A DNA stretch of 64,000 nt from Hyalangium minutum (GCF_000737315.1 NZ_JMCB01000034.1:62001-126000); one strand, 5' to 3'. Counted from the first letter of the stretch, positions 51,164-62,183 are shown. Translations and numbers: made by a program. The notes: generated by a model not told the origin, from the letters alone.

Positions 51164-51508
51164 ATGCCCTCTGCTGAAAACGCGCAGCGCTATCCGCGGA
51201 CACCGGATGGGCGCTACTTCGTGGTGAGAGGCCGTCTCTGGCGCTGCAGCAACCCGGCGCTGGGGCCTCGGCAGAGGGCAACACTGGTGGAGGCCCTCAT
51301 GCGGGCACGTGCGGACGTCCAGCGTGCATTGCGAGCGGGCTCACGAGAAGCCGAGCGGAACGCCCGCACCCGCGTGCACCGGGCCAAGGTGGCGCTGGGA
51401 GAACGGGGCCCTGTGTGGTGGACCGATGGGGCCCCGGACTTCAACCGCCGGATGGCGAAGAACACGCCCTACGCGGAGTGGTACTCGCGGCTGGCGCTCG
51501 AAACGTAG
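51164..51508 (+). CDS. Conserved small hypothetical protein
   Basis: 'RTPDGRYFVVRGRLWRCSNP...KVALGERGPVWWTDGAPDFNR' reads as a folded conserved family. Confidence 0.7.
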   Translation: MPSAENAQRYPRTPDGRYFVVRGRLWRCSNPALGPRQRATLVEALMRARADVQRALRAGSREAERNARTRVHRAKVALGERGPVWWTDGAPDFNRRMAKNTPYAEWYSRLALET

Positions 51509-51509
51509 G

Positions 51510-52472
51510 CTACCCGCTGCCCACGAGATCGAACATCTGGCCCACGCCCTTGGCGCGCGCCACCTCGTAGAGCGCTCGCGCCAGCGCCACGTCCTGCACC
51601 GCCAGCCCCGTCGAGTCGAAGATCGTGATCTCGTCCCCCTGGCGCCCTTTCCTCTTCCCCGCCACCACCTCACCCAGCGTGCCTGCGATCTGCTCCTTCT
51701 TCAGCTGACCGTCGTGCAGCGGCACGTTCACCTCACCCGAGTGCAGCGCCTGCTCCTCGTCGTCGATGAAGATCCGCCCCGCTTGCAGGATGCTCGCCTC
51801 CAGTTCCTGCTTGCCCGGCGCGTCCGCTCCCATCGCGTTGATGTGCGCCCCCGCCTTCACCCACTCTCGCTTCACCACCGGCGAGCGCACCGGCGTCGAC
51901 GTGCACACGATGTCCGCTCCCGACGCCTCCTGCAGGCTCACCACCCGCCCGCCTTTCTCCTTCTGCAGCGCCTGCGCCGCCGCCTCCGACGCGTCCGCCA
52001 GCAGCAGCTCGAGCCCCTCGAACAGCGCCCGGTGCGCGTCGATCAGCACCCGCGCCTGCACCCCGCACCCCACCAGCCCCAGCGTCCGAGGCTTCGCCCG
52101 CGCCAGGTACTTCGATGCCACGCCCCCCGCTGCACCCGTCCGCCACGCCGTCAGCAGCGTGCCGTCCATGATCGCCAGCGGCGACGCCGTCTCCGGATCA
52201 CTCAGCACGTACACCGCGCGCACCGTCGGCAGCTGGTGCTTCTCCGGGTTGCGAGGATGCGCGTTCACCCACTTCACTCCCGCCGCCCCATCCAGGAACG
52301 CCGGCATCGCCCGGAAGTCCCCGTCGTACTTCGGCAGCGAGAGGTACACCTTCGGAGGCATCAGCGCCTCGCCCAGCCCGTGCGCCTTGAAGGCTCGCTC
52401 CACGGCGTTCAGCCCCAGGTCCACGGTGTACAGGTTGCGGAGATCGTTCGCGCTCAGCAGGAGGGTTGGCAT
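51510..52472 (-). CDS. Ornithine cyclodeaminase / mu-crystallin (alanine dehydrogenase-like) protein
   Basis: DFRAMPA, RTGAAGG, GCGVQA, HINAMGAD, FDSTGLAVQDVA. Confidence 0.92.
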   Translation of the reverse strand: MPTLLLSANDLRNLYTVDLGLNAVERAFKAHGLGEALMPPKVYLSLPKYDGDFRAMPAFLDGAAGVKWVNAHPRNPEKHQLPTVRAVYVLSDPETASPLAIMDGTLLTAWRTGAAGGVASKYLARAKPRTLGLVGCGVQARVLIDAHRALFEGLELLLADASEAAAQALQKEKGGRVVSLQEASGADIVCTSTPVRSPVVKREWVKAGAHINAMGADAPGKQELEASILQAGRIFIDDEEQALHSGEVNVPLHDGQLKKEQIAGTLGEVVAGKRKGRQGDEITIFDSTGLAVQDVALARALYEVARAKGVGQMFDLVGSG

Positions 52473-52560
52473 GCGGCGCCTTATACCGGGCCCCATCCCC
52501 ACCGGAAACGATGGCTCTTATTCCGAGATAATCCTCCGAATCTCAATTTCCGGAGTTTCC

Positions 52561-53865
52561 ATGAGCCGCGCCTCCCTCTTCCTCACCCTGGCCCTCGCCG
52601 CCTCTCTCACCCGCTGTGCGCCCCCGGACTCCGAGCCGGAACAGGCCCCCACTCCCGCCGAGAGCACCCAGGCCCTCACCCCCGGTGGCGGTCTTCGGCT
52701 CATGACCTACAACATCAAGCACGGAGAGGTGAGCAGCCTCGACGCCATCGCCAACGTCATCAAGGGCCAGGGTCCGGACCTCGTCGCGCTCCAGGAGGTG
52801 GACAGCCTCACCCACCGCTCGGGCAAGGTGGATCAGGCCGCGCGGCTCGGGCAGCTCACCGGCATGTACGCGTCGTTCGTGCCCTCGCTCCTCAGCTATG
52901 ACGGAGGCCAGTACGGGCTCACGCTCCTGTCCCGCTACCCCATCCGCTCCTCGACGCGCATCCCCCTGCGCTCCGCCGCCGAGCAGCGCATCCTCGCCCT
53001 CTATGAGGTGGAGCTGGACGCCCAGCACATCCTCCCCGTGGGCGTCACCCACTTCGGCACCGTCGACGCCACCGAGCGCCTCAATCAGGCCGCCGACGTC
53101 AAGGCCGCCCTCACCGGCAAGCCCTGGGCGCTGCTCGGCGGCGACTTCAACGCCTCGCCCTCCGAGTCCGGCATCACCAGCCTGCTCCAGCTCCTCACCG
53201 ACGCGTGGGCCCGCGGCGGCTCGGGCAGCGGCTACACCAGTTCCGCCAGCTTCCCCACCCGCCGCATCGACTACCTGATGCTCGGCTCCGCATGGACCTC
53301 GCCCGTGACGGCCCGCGTCGTCAGCGCGTCCTCGCAGTCGGATCACCTCCCCGTCGTCGCCACCCTCATCCTGCCCTGGAGCCAGACCCTGCTGGGCGAT
53401 CGCGTCCCCGGCACCGCCGTCCAGGCCGACACCAAGGCCGTCGAGGTGGGCGTCCGCTTCCGCAGCAACGTCCCCGGCACCATCACGGCCCTCCGCTTCT
53501 ACCGAGGCACCCGGAACGCCAGCGGCTACGTGGCCCGCCTGTGGACCAGCGCCGGCACCCTGCTCGCCCAGGTCCCCGTCACCGATGGCGCCATCCCCGG
53601 CTGGCAGGAGGTGGCACTCCCCTCGCCCGTCGCCATCTCCGCCAACACCCTGTACGTGGTCTCCTACTACTCCTCGAACGGGCAGTTCGCGCGGGACGTC
53701 GACGGCCTGCTGAACGCCATCGTCAGCGGCAACCTCACCGCCCCCAGCAGCGCCAGCGTGGGCGGCAATGGCATCTACGTCTACGCCACCGGCGGCGGCT
53801 TCCCCACGGCCTCCTACAAGAACACCAACTACTGGGTGGACGTCCGCTTCGTGCCCTCTCCGTAA
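52561..53865 (+). CDS. Lipoprotein: endonuclease/exonuclease/phosphatase domain fused to DUF4082-like domain
   Basis: MTYNIKHG, LQEVD, GDFN, RIDY, SDH; then 'VEVGVRFRS..PGTITALRFY...NYWVDVRF'. Confidence 0.85.
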   Translation: MSRASLFLTLALAASLTRCAPPDSEPEQAPTPAESTQALTPGGGLRLMTYNIKHGEVSSLDAIANVIKGQGPDLVALQEVDSLTHRSGKVDQAARLGQLTGMYASFVPSLLSYDGGQYGLTLLSRYPIRSSTRIPLRSAAEQRILALYEVELDAQHILPVGVTHFGTVDATERLNQAADVKAALTGKPWALLGGDFNASPSESGITSLLQLLTDAWARGGSGSGYTSSASFPTRRIDYLMLGSAWTSPVTARVVSASSQSDHLPVVATLILPWSQTLLGDRVPGTAVQADTKAVEVGVRFRSNVPGTITALRFYRGTRNASGYVARLWTSAGTLLAQVPVTDGAIPGWQEVALPSPVAISANTLYVVSYYSSNGQFARDVDGLLNAIVSGNLTAPSSASVGGNGIYVYATGGGFPTASYKNTNYWVDVRFVPSP

Positions 53866-54204
53866 GGCTCACACCGACCGTCCCAAGAGGGCGCACCGCC
53901 TGGCGCGCCCCCAGCCCCCCGGCTGCCCTACCCACGACGTCCGCCTCTCAGGAGCCATCCGCTCCCCTCCCACGTATGGATCCTCCTGCAGCCTTATGTA
54001 GTTGCAAGTACACGTAGCGGAATTTTTCCCGGCCGCTAGAATCATCGCCACTTCGGGCTTTACGGCTTTTCGCGGAAAACAAGGAGACGCTTTCACCTGC
54101 AGTATGATGAAAGTTCCCGTGTAACACCCAGAGCGTAACGTCACTGAACATTCATTCACCGTCGGCCGAGCGTTTCTCCGCTCGGTCCAGTAGGGTGTGC
54201 CGCT

Positions 54205-54828
54205 ATGACTTCAGAGAAGCTGGTTCACGCACAGACAGTTGAGGCGTTGTTCGTCCGCGCCTTCGAGAACCGCCTGACGCCCGCCAGCCGGGAGGCCTTC
54301 AAGCGGGCGGGGCTGGATCTCGACCGGAAGCTGGAGCGGACCTACACGCTGGAGCAGTGGAAGGACTTCCTGCGGACCGCCGCAGCCCACATCTACGGTG
54401 GGGTGCCTGCGGAGGCCGCGTACTACTCGCTGGGTGGGCGGTTCATGGATGCCTGGTTTGGCACCTTCCTGGGCAAGGCGCTGCTGGGCGTGGCGCGGCT
54501 TGCGGGCCCCCGGCGCATGCTGCTGCGGGCCGGCCAGGGCTTCCGGGGTGGCAACAACTTCAGCGAGGTGCAGGTGGTGGAGCGCGGCCCCACGTCGCTG
54601 GAGCTGCAGGTGAACGATGTGATGGCGGATCAGCCCACCTTCATGGCGGGGGTGCTGGCGCGGGCCGTGGAGCTGGCTGGCGGCTGGCGCGTGGTGGCAG
54701 TGCCCGAGGGCTTCGACGGCACGGCATGCACGTTCCACATCCGCTGGTCCGAAGTGCCCGCCGTGGCCGGCCTGAGTGAGAACGCCCAGGCCGGGGGCAA
54801 CGCCGTCGCGCCGCGTCCCCGGGCGTGA
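54205..54828 (+). CDS. Myxobacterial DUF2378 (TIGR02265-type) protein
   Basis: 'VEALFVRAF..RLTP...GLDL...Y..EQW' pattern of this paralog family. Confidence 0.8.
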   Translation: MTSEKLVHAQTVEALFVRAFENRLTPASREAFKRAGLDLDRKLERTYTLEQWKDFLRTAAAHIYGGVPAEAAYYSLGGRFMDAWFGTFLGKALLGVARLAGPRRMLLRAGQGFRGGNNFSEVQVVERGPTSLELQVNDVMADQPTFMAGVLARAVELAGGWRVVAVPEGFDGTACTFHIRWSEVPAVAGLSENAQAGGNAVAPRPRA

Positions 54829-54857
54829 GCGTCCGCGTCACCGCCTGACGCCCCCGG

Positions 54858-55712
54858 TCATCCCCCCACCGCACGCCACTGCGGATGGGCCAGGAGCCGC
54901 TCCTCCATCTCGGGAGTGAGCGGCGCGCCATGGGGGGCGCGAGAGGAGGAGCGGCGCCACCGCTCCAGCCACCGCGCTCCCAGCGGCTTTTCGAGTGCCT
55001 CCAGGCGGGTTGAGGCGATCGTCGTCTCCCCCTTGGTGCCGGTGGACACGCCCGCCCCCACGTAGAAGCCCGCCAGCAGCAGGGTGACGCGGGTCGGCGT
55101 GGCGGCGCTGTACGTCATCAGCAGCGCGCCCTCCCCGTCCTCGCGGCTGCGAGCGCGCACGCGGGACAGCACGGCCTCGGTCCACATCTCCGGGTTGGAC
55201 GCAGGCGAGAACGGATCGAAGAAGATCCAATCAGCGAGGGGCAGCGCTCCCTCCAGCACCGAGACGGCGTTGCCCAGGTGGAGCCGCCAGCGGATCCCCT
55301 CCTCTTCCCAGAGCCCGTCGCGCATGAGCGCCTCGGCGGCCTCTCGGAAGGGCTGGAGGAAGGGAAAGCCGGCGGGGTCCGCCAGAGCCAACCGGAGCGG
55401 CGCGAGATCCACCTCGAGGCTGATGACCTCGAGGGGCCGCTGGCGCTCGGGGCCCAGCTCGCGGGCGCGGGTGAGCGCGGCCACAGCGTTGGTGGCGGCC
55501 CCCAGGCCCACGTCGAGAATGACCAGCGGAGGCCCAGGCTGGCGCAGGCGCTCGGCGAGGCGGGGCTGGTCTACGTAGAGGCGCAGGGCCTCCTGCCAGG
55601 GACCAATGCTGGGGTGCATCACCTCGCCGTGCCCCAGGTGGCGCACGGCGCGGGCGCCATTGCGCAGCGTCACCAGCTCGAAGTCACCATCTCTTGGGTT
55701 GTCGGACTCCAC
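54858..55712 (-). CDS. MnmC-like SAM-dependent methyltransferase
   Basis: LDVGLGAATN, FFDPFSPASNPEMW, TYSAAT. Confidence 0.8.
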   Translation of the reverse strand: MESDNPRDGDFELVTLRNGARAVRHLGHGEVMHPSIGPWQEALRLYVDQPRLAERLRQPGPPLVILDVGLGAATNAVAALTRARELGPERQRPLEVISLEVDLAPLRLALADPAGFPFLQPFREAAEALMRDGLWEEEGIRWRLHLGNAVSVLEGALPLADWIFFDPFSPASNPEMWTEAVLSRVRARSREDGEGALLMTYSAATPTRVTLLLAGFYVGAGVSTGTKGETTIASTRLEALEKPLGARWLERWRRSSSRAPHGAPLTPEMEERLLAHPQWRAVGG

Positions 55713-55806
55713 GCTCAGGACTCCTGGGTACAGGGCTCTCCGCAGCCCGTGCGCCTTGCTGCCACAATCCGGCAGAAGCTGCCCATGGAAAATTCCCGGC
55801 CGCGCA

Positions 55807-55911
55807 TCAGAGGGTCGAGGTGTCGATCACGAACCGGTACCGGACATCGGAGGCGAGCACGCGCTCGTAGGCCTCGTTGATCTTGCCAGCCGGGATGACT
55901 TCGACGTCGAA
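55807..55911 (-). pseudogene. C-terminal remnant of a Zn/NADP-dependent alcohol dehydrogenase (YahK/CAD type)
   Basis: Reads [34 protein letters not shown]-stop, preceded in frame by TAG (55912-55914). Confidence 0.8.
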
Positions 55912-56031
55912 CTACGTCCGAACCCCTCGAATGACTACGCGCACTCAAGCCAACAACCCCTTAAGCGGTGCTTAACAGTGAGGCGTCAGCGCCTCTGGAA
56001 CATCGCCGTGTTCGTGCCAGGGTTTCTCTCA

Positions 56032-56943
56032 ATGAATACGGCTCCCCTCTCGCAACTCCAAGTGTTCCTCGCCGTGGCTTGCCTGCGCAGCTTCAGCGGC
56101 GCGGCGCGCGAGCTTGGCGTTTCCACCCCCGCAGTGAGCCAGGCGGTTCGGCAGCTCGAAGAGCTGCTGCGCGTGACGCTGCTCATCCGGACGACGCGCA
56201 GCGTGTCCCTGACGGATGCAGGCAGGCGGTTGCTGGAGGGCGCGGGCCCGGCGTTGGGGCAGGCGCTCGCCACCCTCACCGAGGTCTCCGCTCAACCGGG
56301 AGAGACGGTGGGCCGGGTGCGGCTCACGGTGCCGCGGGTGGCGGTGCCCTTCGTCATTACCCCAGTGCTTCCCACCTTCCGCGAACGTCACCCCCGGGTG
56401 GAAGTCGAGGTCGCCATCGAGGATCGTTTCGTGGACATCGTAGCGGAGGGCTACGACGCGGGCGTGCGGCTGAGCGAGTCCATCGAGCGCGACATGGTGC
56501 AGGTGCGGCTCACCGACGCCTTCCGCTTCGTGGTGGTGGGTTCCCCCGCCTACCTGGCGCGCCATGGGACGCCCCAGCGTCCCGAGGAGCTGCTACGCCA
56601 CGAGTGCCTCTGCTTCCGCTTGCCGAGCAGCGGGGCGCTCTACGCCTGGGAGTTCGAGCGGGGCCGCAGGACATGGCGTGTGCCGGTCCGCGGAGGCGTG
56701 GTCACCAACGACAACCAACTGAGGGTCACCCTGGCGGAGCAAGGCCTGGGGCTGACGTACGCCTTCGAGCCCATGGTAGCCGAGCAGCTGCGCACCGGGC
56801 GGCTGCAACAGGTGCTCGAAGCCTACGCGCCCACCGTCCCCGGCTTCTTCCTCTATTTCCCCAGCCGTGCGCAGCGCTCCCCGGCCCTGCGCCTCTTCGT
56901 GGACACAGCCAAGGAGCTGGTGCGTCAGCGCTTCAGCGTGTAG
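56032..56943 (+). CDS. LysR-family transcriptional regulator (CrgA-like)
   Basis: SFSGAARELGVSTPAVSQAVRQLE, RTTRSVSLTDAG, DIVAEGYDAGVR. Confidence 0.95.
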   Translation: MNTAPLSQLQVFLAVACLRSFSGAARELGVSTPAVSQAVRQLEELLRVTLLIRTTRSVSLTDAGRRLLEGAGPALGQALATLTEVSAQPGETVGRVRLTVPRVAVPFVITPVLPTFRERHPRVEVEVAIEDRFVDIVAEGYDAGVRLSESIERDMVQVRLTDAFRFVVVGSPAYLARHGTPQRPEELLRHECLCFRLPSSGALYAWEFERGRRTWRVPVRGGVVTNDNQLRVTLAEQGLGLTYAFEPMVAEQLRTGRLQQVLEAYAPTVPGFFLYFPSRAQRSPALRLFVDTAKELVRQRFSV

Positions 56944-57617
56944 CGCAGCCAGACCAGGTCGCCTGTGCGCTTCTCGAAGGAGACCAGCTTCAGGTGGCGA
57001 GCGGGTCCCTTCCCCTCCTTCGCATCGAAGAGCGACGGAGCCCCCACGGCCCCATCCGCGATGGGCGCCACCAGCACGCTCAGCTCGTCAATGAGGTCCG
57101 CAGCCAGGAAGGAGCCGTTGATCTTCCCGCCCCCCTCGAGGAGCAGCTTCCGGATGCCGAACTCCTTCGTGAGCTTCCCGAGCACCCTCTTCAGGTTCAG
57201 GTCCGTCTTGCCGCCAAACAGGTAGGAGACGCCCTTGGATTGAAGGAAGGCCAGGTAATCGTCCGAGACCTGCTCGGTGAGCACTGCAATCACGTGCTCG
57301 TCGTCGATGGAGCTCGACTTCCAGGTGAGCTTGCCGGACGGGTCCAGTGCAATGGCGTAGGACTCCGCATCACGCCTCGCGATGAAGTCCGTTCTCGGAA
57401 TCGGGCGCGAATCCTTGCGCGCCGGAATCCGGGCCTTCCCAGCGTAGGGCTCCATCGAGATCCGGCCGATCATCCACGCATCGGCGCCGAAGGTCGCGGC
57501 TGTCCGCTCGTACTCGCCCGTGACGCTGGCCGGGAGCTTCCAGCGCGTGACGACGATCCGCCCATCGACAGAGGGAACCATGTGGCAAATCACGTAGGGA
57601 CGCTTCGCTCTGTTCAT
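56925..57617 (-). CDS. RibD C-terminal / dihydrofolate reductase family protein
   Basis: SVDGRI, LLEGGGKINGSFLAADLIDEL; 3' end overlaps lysR by 19 nt. Confidence 0.88.
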   Translation of the reverse strand: MNRAKRPYVICHMVPSVDGRIVVTRWKLPASVTGEYERTAATFGADAWMIGRISMEPYAGKARIPARKDSRPIPRTDFIARRDAESYAIALDPSGKLTWKSSSIDDEHVIAVLTEQVSDDYLAFLQSKGVSYLFGGKTDLNLKRVLGKLTKEFGIRKLLLEGGGKINGSFLAADLIDELSVLVAPIADGAVGAPSLFDAKEGKGPARHLKLVSFEKRTGDLVWLRYTLKR

Positions 57618-59248
57618 CTGCTGGCTCCTGCCTCCCCGATGGGGGCGAGCTGCTGCAAGTCCAACTCCTCCAGATCGAGTTCCTGCTCGACTCGCTGGAA
57701 AGCCGCGTCACCAATGGTGCCATCCGCTCGCAGCGCGAGCAGCCGCTGCCGCTCGGCCGTCGTGGCCCTGCGCGCGATGGTGGCGTCAGCATTGAACGCG
57801 TGGCCGTCACCTGCTGCCGCCCCAGGAGACGCATGGCCGCCGCCTGCCAGCTCCGCTTCGGCCCGCCGGAGCATGACCTCGTACCGGCGGCGCAGCAGCC
57901 CTGCCATCTCCTCGCCAGGCAGCTCGGCCGTGACCGCGAGCGCGGCGCGCAACGTCTCGACCCGCGCGAGCAGCACCTCCCGCTCCACCGAGCCATCGTC
58001 CTTGAGCTCGAGCGCGTTGATGAGGGGACGCAACGTCATGCCCTGGACGACGAGTGTCCCGAGCACGACGGAGAAGGCGGTGAACAGGATCAGATCGCGA
58101 TAGGGGAAAGCGTGCCCGTCGGACCCGCCGGTCGGAAGCGCCAACGCGGCAGCGAGCGTCACGGTCCCTCGCATGCCGCACCACGCGACGACCACTGCAG
58201 CGCGCCTGGACAGGCCCACCGTGTCACGGCGCGCCACCGTGCCGTCCGCCGCTAGACGGCACCACCAGCGGCTCACGGCTGCGGCGCCCGACACCCATGC
58301 GAACCGCGCGAGGATCGTCGCGATGCACACCGCAGCCGCGATGCCGGCGTACTCGGTGAGCGTGCTCGAGTCGATCCGGCCGAGGATCCCCTTGAGCTGG
58401 AACCCCACGAGGATGAAGGCGAGCACGTTCAACACGAACACGGCGAACTCCCAGACCGCGTACGCGGGGATCCGGACGCGCGCCGGGGTGAGATCCGCGG
58501 CGCGGCGGGCGCTCACCATCGCGAACACGACCACGGTGAGGATGCCGGAGAGATGAAGCCGCTCCGCGAGCAGCCAGACCGCGAACGTCCCACAGAACTG
58601 GCAGACGACCGCGATGGCGACATCCTCGATCCGCGCGATCAACTCGATGATCACCCGTGACAGCACCCACCCAAGCACCCCGCTCCCCACGGTGACAACC
58701 AGGAGCTGAGGAATCACCCCCGCCGGAGACAGCGCGCCCGCCAGCGCCGCACCGACGGCGAGCCGGTAGATCAGCAGTGCGCTCGCATCGTTGAAGAGGC
58801 TCTCTCCCTCGAGGATGACGAGGAGCCGGTGCGGCGGACGGAGCTGCTTGAGCACAGCGGTGGCGGCCGCCGCATCAGGGGGCGCGACGATCGCGCCGAG
58901 CGCGACCGCGACGGCCCAAGGCATGCCGGGCACGAGCAGACGGGCCACCCCCGCGACGACGACGATGGTGAGGGCCACGGCGCCGATGGCAAGGCCGGTG
59001 ACGGTCCGCCAGTTCGCCCGGAGGTCTCGCAGGGACGCATCGAACGCGGCATCCAGCAGCACCGGCGCGACGAAGAGCGTGAGTGCAAGCTCCGGATCCA
59101 GGACGAGCGTGGGAGTGCCGGGAACGAGCGCCAGGCCCGCCCCAGCGAGCGCCACCATCGCCGGGTAGGGAGTCCCGATGCGCTTGGACAGCGCGGTGAG
59201 TCCTGCTCCGGCGAGCAACAACGCAATGATGATCTCAAAGACGTCCAT
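57614..59248 (-). CDS. CPA1-family Na+/H+ antiporter
   Basis: LGAIVAPPDAAA, LEGESLFNDA, GMRGTVTLAAAL, many TMs. Confidence 0.93.
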   Translation of the reverse strand: MDVFEIIIALLLAGAGLTALSKRIGTPYPAMVALAGAGLALVPGTPTLVLDPELALTLFVAPVLLDAAFDASLRDLRANWRTVTGLAIGAVALTIVVVAGVARLLVPGMPWAVAVALGAIVAPPDAAAATAVLKQLRPPHRLLVILEGESLFNDASALLIYRLAVGAALAGALSPAGVIPQLLVVTVGSGVLGWVLSRVIIELIARIEDVAIAVVCQFCGTFAVWLLAERLHLSGILTVVVFAMVSARRAADLTPARVRIPAYAVWEFAVFVLNVLAFILVGFQLKGILGRIDSSTLTEYAGIAAAVCIATILARFAWVSGAAAVSRWWCRLAADGTVARRDTVGLSRRAAVVVAWCGMRGTVTLAAALALPTGGSDGHAFPYRDLILFTAFSVVLGTLVVQGMTLRPLINALELKDDGSVEREVLLARVETLRAALAVTAELPGEEMAGLLRRRYEVMLRRAEAELAGGGHASPGAAAGDGHAFNADATIARRATTAERQRLLALRADGTIGDAAFQRVEQELDLEELDLQQLAPIGEAGASR

Positions 59249-59311
59249 GCGGATCGCGAACCTCTCGAGTCATCCTACGTCCTCGGCTGCCCGAACCGGT
59301 ACGCTCCCCGC

Positions 59312-60349
<1,038 letters not shown>

Positions 60350-60414
60350 CTAGGCGCCTGGAAGCCAATGGGCTGTTAAGCCCTGCCTCACAATCGGGTG
60401 CGTGTGCCATCCCT

Positions 60415-61440
60415 TCAGCGAGCGTCGAGGCTGCCTGCCAAGGCGCGCCGGTACTCCGCGGGGCGCTGTCCCGTCCAGCGCCGGAAGGCCCGGTGGAAGG
60501 TGCTCACCTCGGAGAAGCCGAGCAGGAAGGCAATCTCCGACAGCGAGAGCTTGCCCTCCTGAAGGTGGTGCAGGGTCAGCTTGCGGCGGACATCGTCGAC
60601 GAGCCGCTGGTAGCTCGTCCCCTGCTCCTGGAGCCGGCGGAAGAAGCTCCGCTTGCTCAGGCCGAGCTGGCGAGCCAGGGGCTCTGCCTCCGGGATGCCG
60701 GTGCTCAGGTTCTGCAGGATGGCGCGGCGCACCTGATCGAGGAACTGCTCCTGGACGGGAAGCTGCTCGAGGAGCAGCCGGGCAAACCGGTCGAGCACAG
60801 GGCCCAGCGTGGGGTCCGCCACCGGCAGGCGCCGATCCAGCAGGTGCCGCTCGAAGCGAAGCTCGGTGATGGGGTGGCCAAAGTGCAGGGGGGCTCGGAA
60901 CATCCGCTGGTGCTCGCGGATGTCGTCTGGCCGCGCGTGCTGGAAGTAGACCTCGAGCGGCACCCACTCCTCCCGCAGATACGCGCGCCCGCGGAGGAGC
61001 AGGCTCGCGAGGATGAACTCGTTGATGTGCCGGGAAAGCACCCCCGGTCCGCGCCAGATGTGCATGAGCCGCACGACCGAGCCCTGCTCCTCCATGCTGA
61101 ACGAGCCCGCGTCATGAATCAGGCGCTGGTAGCGCATGAAACCGCGATAGCAGTCCCCCAGGCAGGGCGCGTGGCTCATCATGTGGTCGAGCACGTCATA
61201 GGTCCCGTGAGGCAGCCGCTGGGCGAGACGGAGCCCGAAGGCTTCGTCTCCCGAGCGGCGCGGCAGCTCCTCCCAGAGCGCGGCCAGGAACTCGTGCGGG
61301 ACCCGGCTGTCGGGCGCGCGGAGCTGCTCCGCGTCCACCCCGTATCGGGCCAGGAGGTCACTGACGTCGACGCCAATCTTAGCGGCCACCTGGACCAGGA
61401 AGAGTGGCACGAGGGCTGTGACGGTGAAGCGCTGAGGCAT
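60415..61440 (-). CDS. AraC-family transcriptional regulator (arabinose-binding-like N-domain)
   Basis: 'LSEIAFLLGFSEVSTFHRAFRRWTG' C-terminal HTH. Confidence 0.93.
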   Translation of the reverse strand: MPQRFTVTALVPLFLVQVAAKIGVDVSDLLARYGVDAEQLRAPDSRVPHEFLAALWEELPRRSGDEAFGLRLAQRLPHGTYDVLDHMMSHAPCLGDCYRGFMRYQRLIHDAGSFSMEEQGSVVRLMHIWRGPGVLSRHINEFILASLLLRGRAYLREEWVPLEVYFQHARPDDIREHQRMFRAPLHFGHPITELRFERHLLDRRLPVADPTLGPVLDRFARLLLEQLPVQEQFLDQVRRAILQNLSTGIPEAEPLARQLGLSKRSFFRRLQEQGTSYQRLVDDVRRKLTLHHLQEGKLSLSEIAFLLGFSEVSTFHRAFRRWTGQRPAEYRRALAGSLDAR

Positions 61441-61592
61441 GGCGGGGAAGCGTACCTGCCCTCGCGCTCCGTGGCACTCCGGGACAATTCTCTGGCACGC
61501 CCCGGCAATGATGAGCCGCCGCGTTTTTCCCATCATGGCCGCGAGCTGAACGGGTGATGGACACCCGGCTTCCAGCTTCTCACGGAGGAGTC

Positions 61593-62183
61593 ATGAGCAC
61601 GCTGCGGAAAGTTCTGTTGTCCCTCGCAATGGTTTCACTCGGAGTCGGTTGTGGCGCGGAGGCGCCCCTGCAGGAGCGCCTCCCGGAGGAGGGACAGGCC
61701 CAGGTGGCCGCGCTCGGCTCGGCACCTCCGGCCGCGCCCGGGAGCAAGCTGACAGGCTTCGTGGTGAACGGCACCCAGTCTCGCGTGTACTTCCTGGGCG
61801 CAAACAATCACGTGTATGAGCTGTGGTTCGACGGGCAGAGCTGGCACTCCGGCGACCTGATGCAACGGGCCTCGGCACCCAACGCCGCACCGGGCAGCGC
61901 GCTCACCGGCTTCACGGTGAATGGCACCCTGTCACGCGTCTACTTCACCGGAGCGGACAACAAGACCTACGAGCTCTGGTACGACAGCCAGAACTGGCAC
62001 TCCGCGAACCTGACGCAGTGGGCCTCGGCGCCCAACGCCGCGCCCGACAGCGCGCTCACCGGCTTCGCAGTGAACGGCAACCTGTCTCGGACCTACTTCC
62101 TGAGCGCCGACAACCACGTCAACGAGCTCTGGTACGACGGGCTGAACTGGCACACCGTGGATCTCACCGCGACGGCGAACTGA
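61593..62183 (+). CDS. Lipoprotein with three fucose-lectin-like beta-propeller blades
   Basis: Lipobox LGVGC; three 51-aa repeats 'LTGF.VNG..SR.YF..A.N...ELW.D...WH..DL'. Confidence 0.75.
   Translation: MSTLRKVLLSLAMVSLGVGCGAEAPLQERLPEEGQAQVAALGSAPPAAPGSKLTGFVVNGTQSRVYFLGANNHVYELWFDGQSWHSGDLMQRASAPNAAPGSALTGFTVNGTLSRVYFTGADNKTYELWYDSQNWHSANLTQWASAPNAAPDSALTGFAVNGNLSRTYFLSADNHVNELWYDGLNWHTVDLTATAN
61734..62180 (+). repeat. Three 153-bp intragenic tandem repeats
   Basis: Units start at 61734, 61887 and 62040. Confidence 0.85.

Noticed and set aside
61492-61508. TGGCACG as a sigma54 promoter for the lectin gene
   Set aside because: GG-to-GC spacing is 9 nt, not the required 10.
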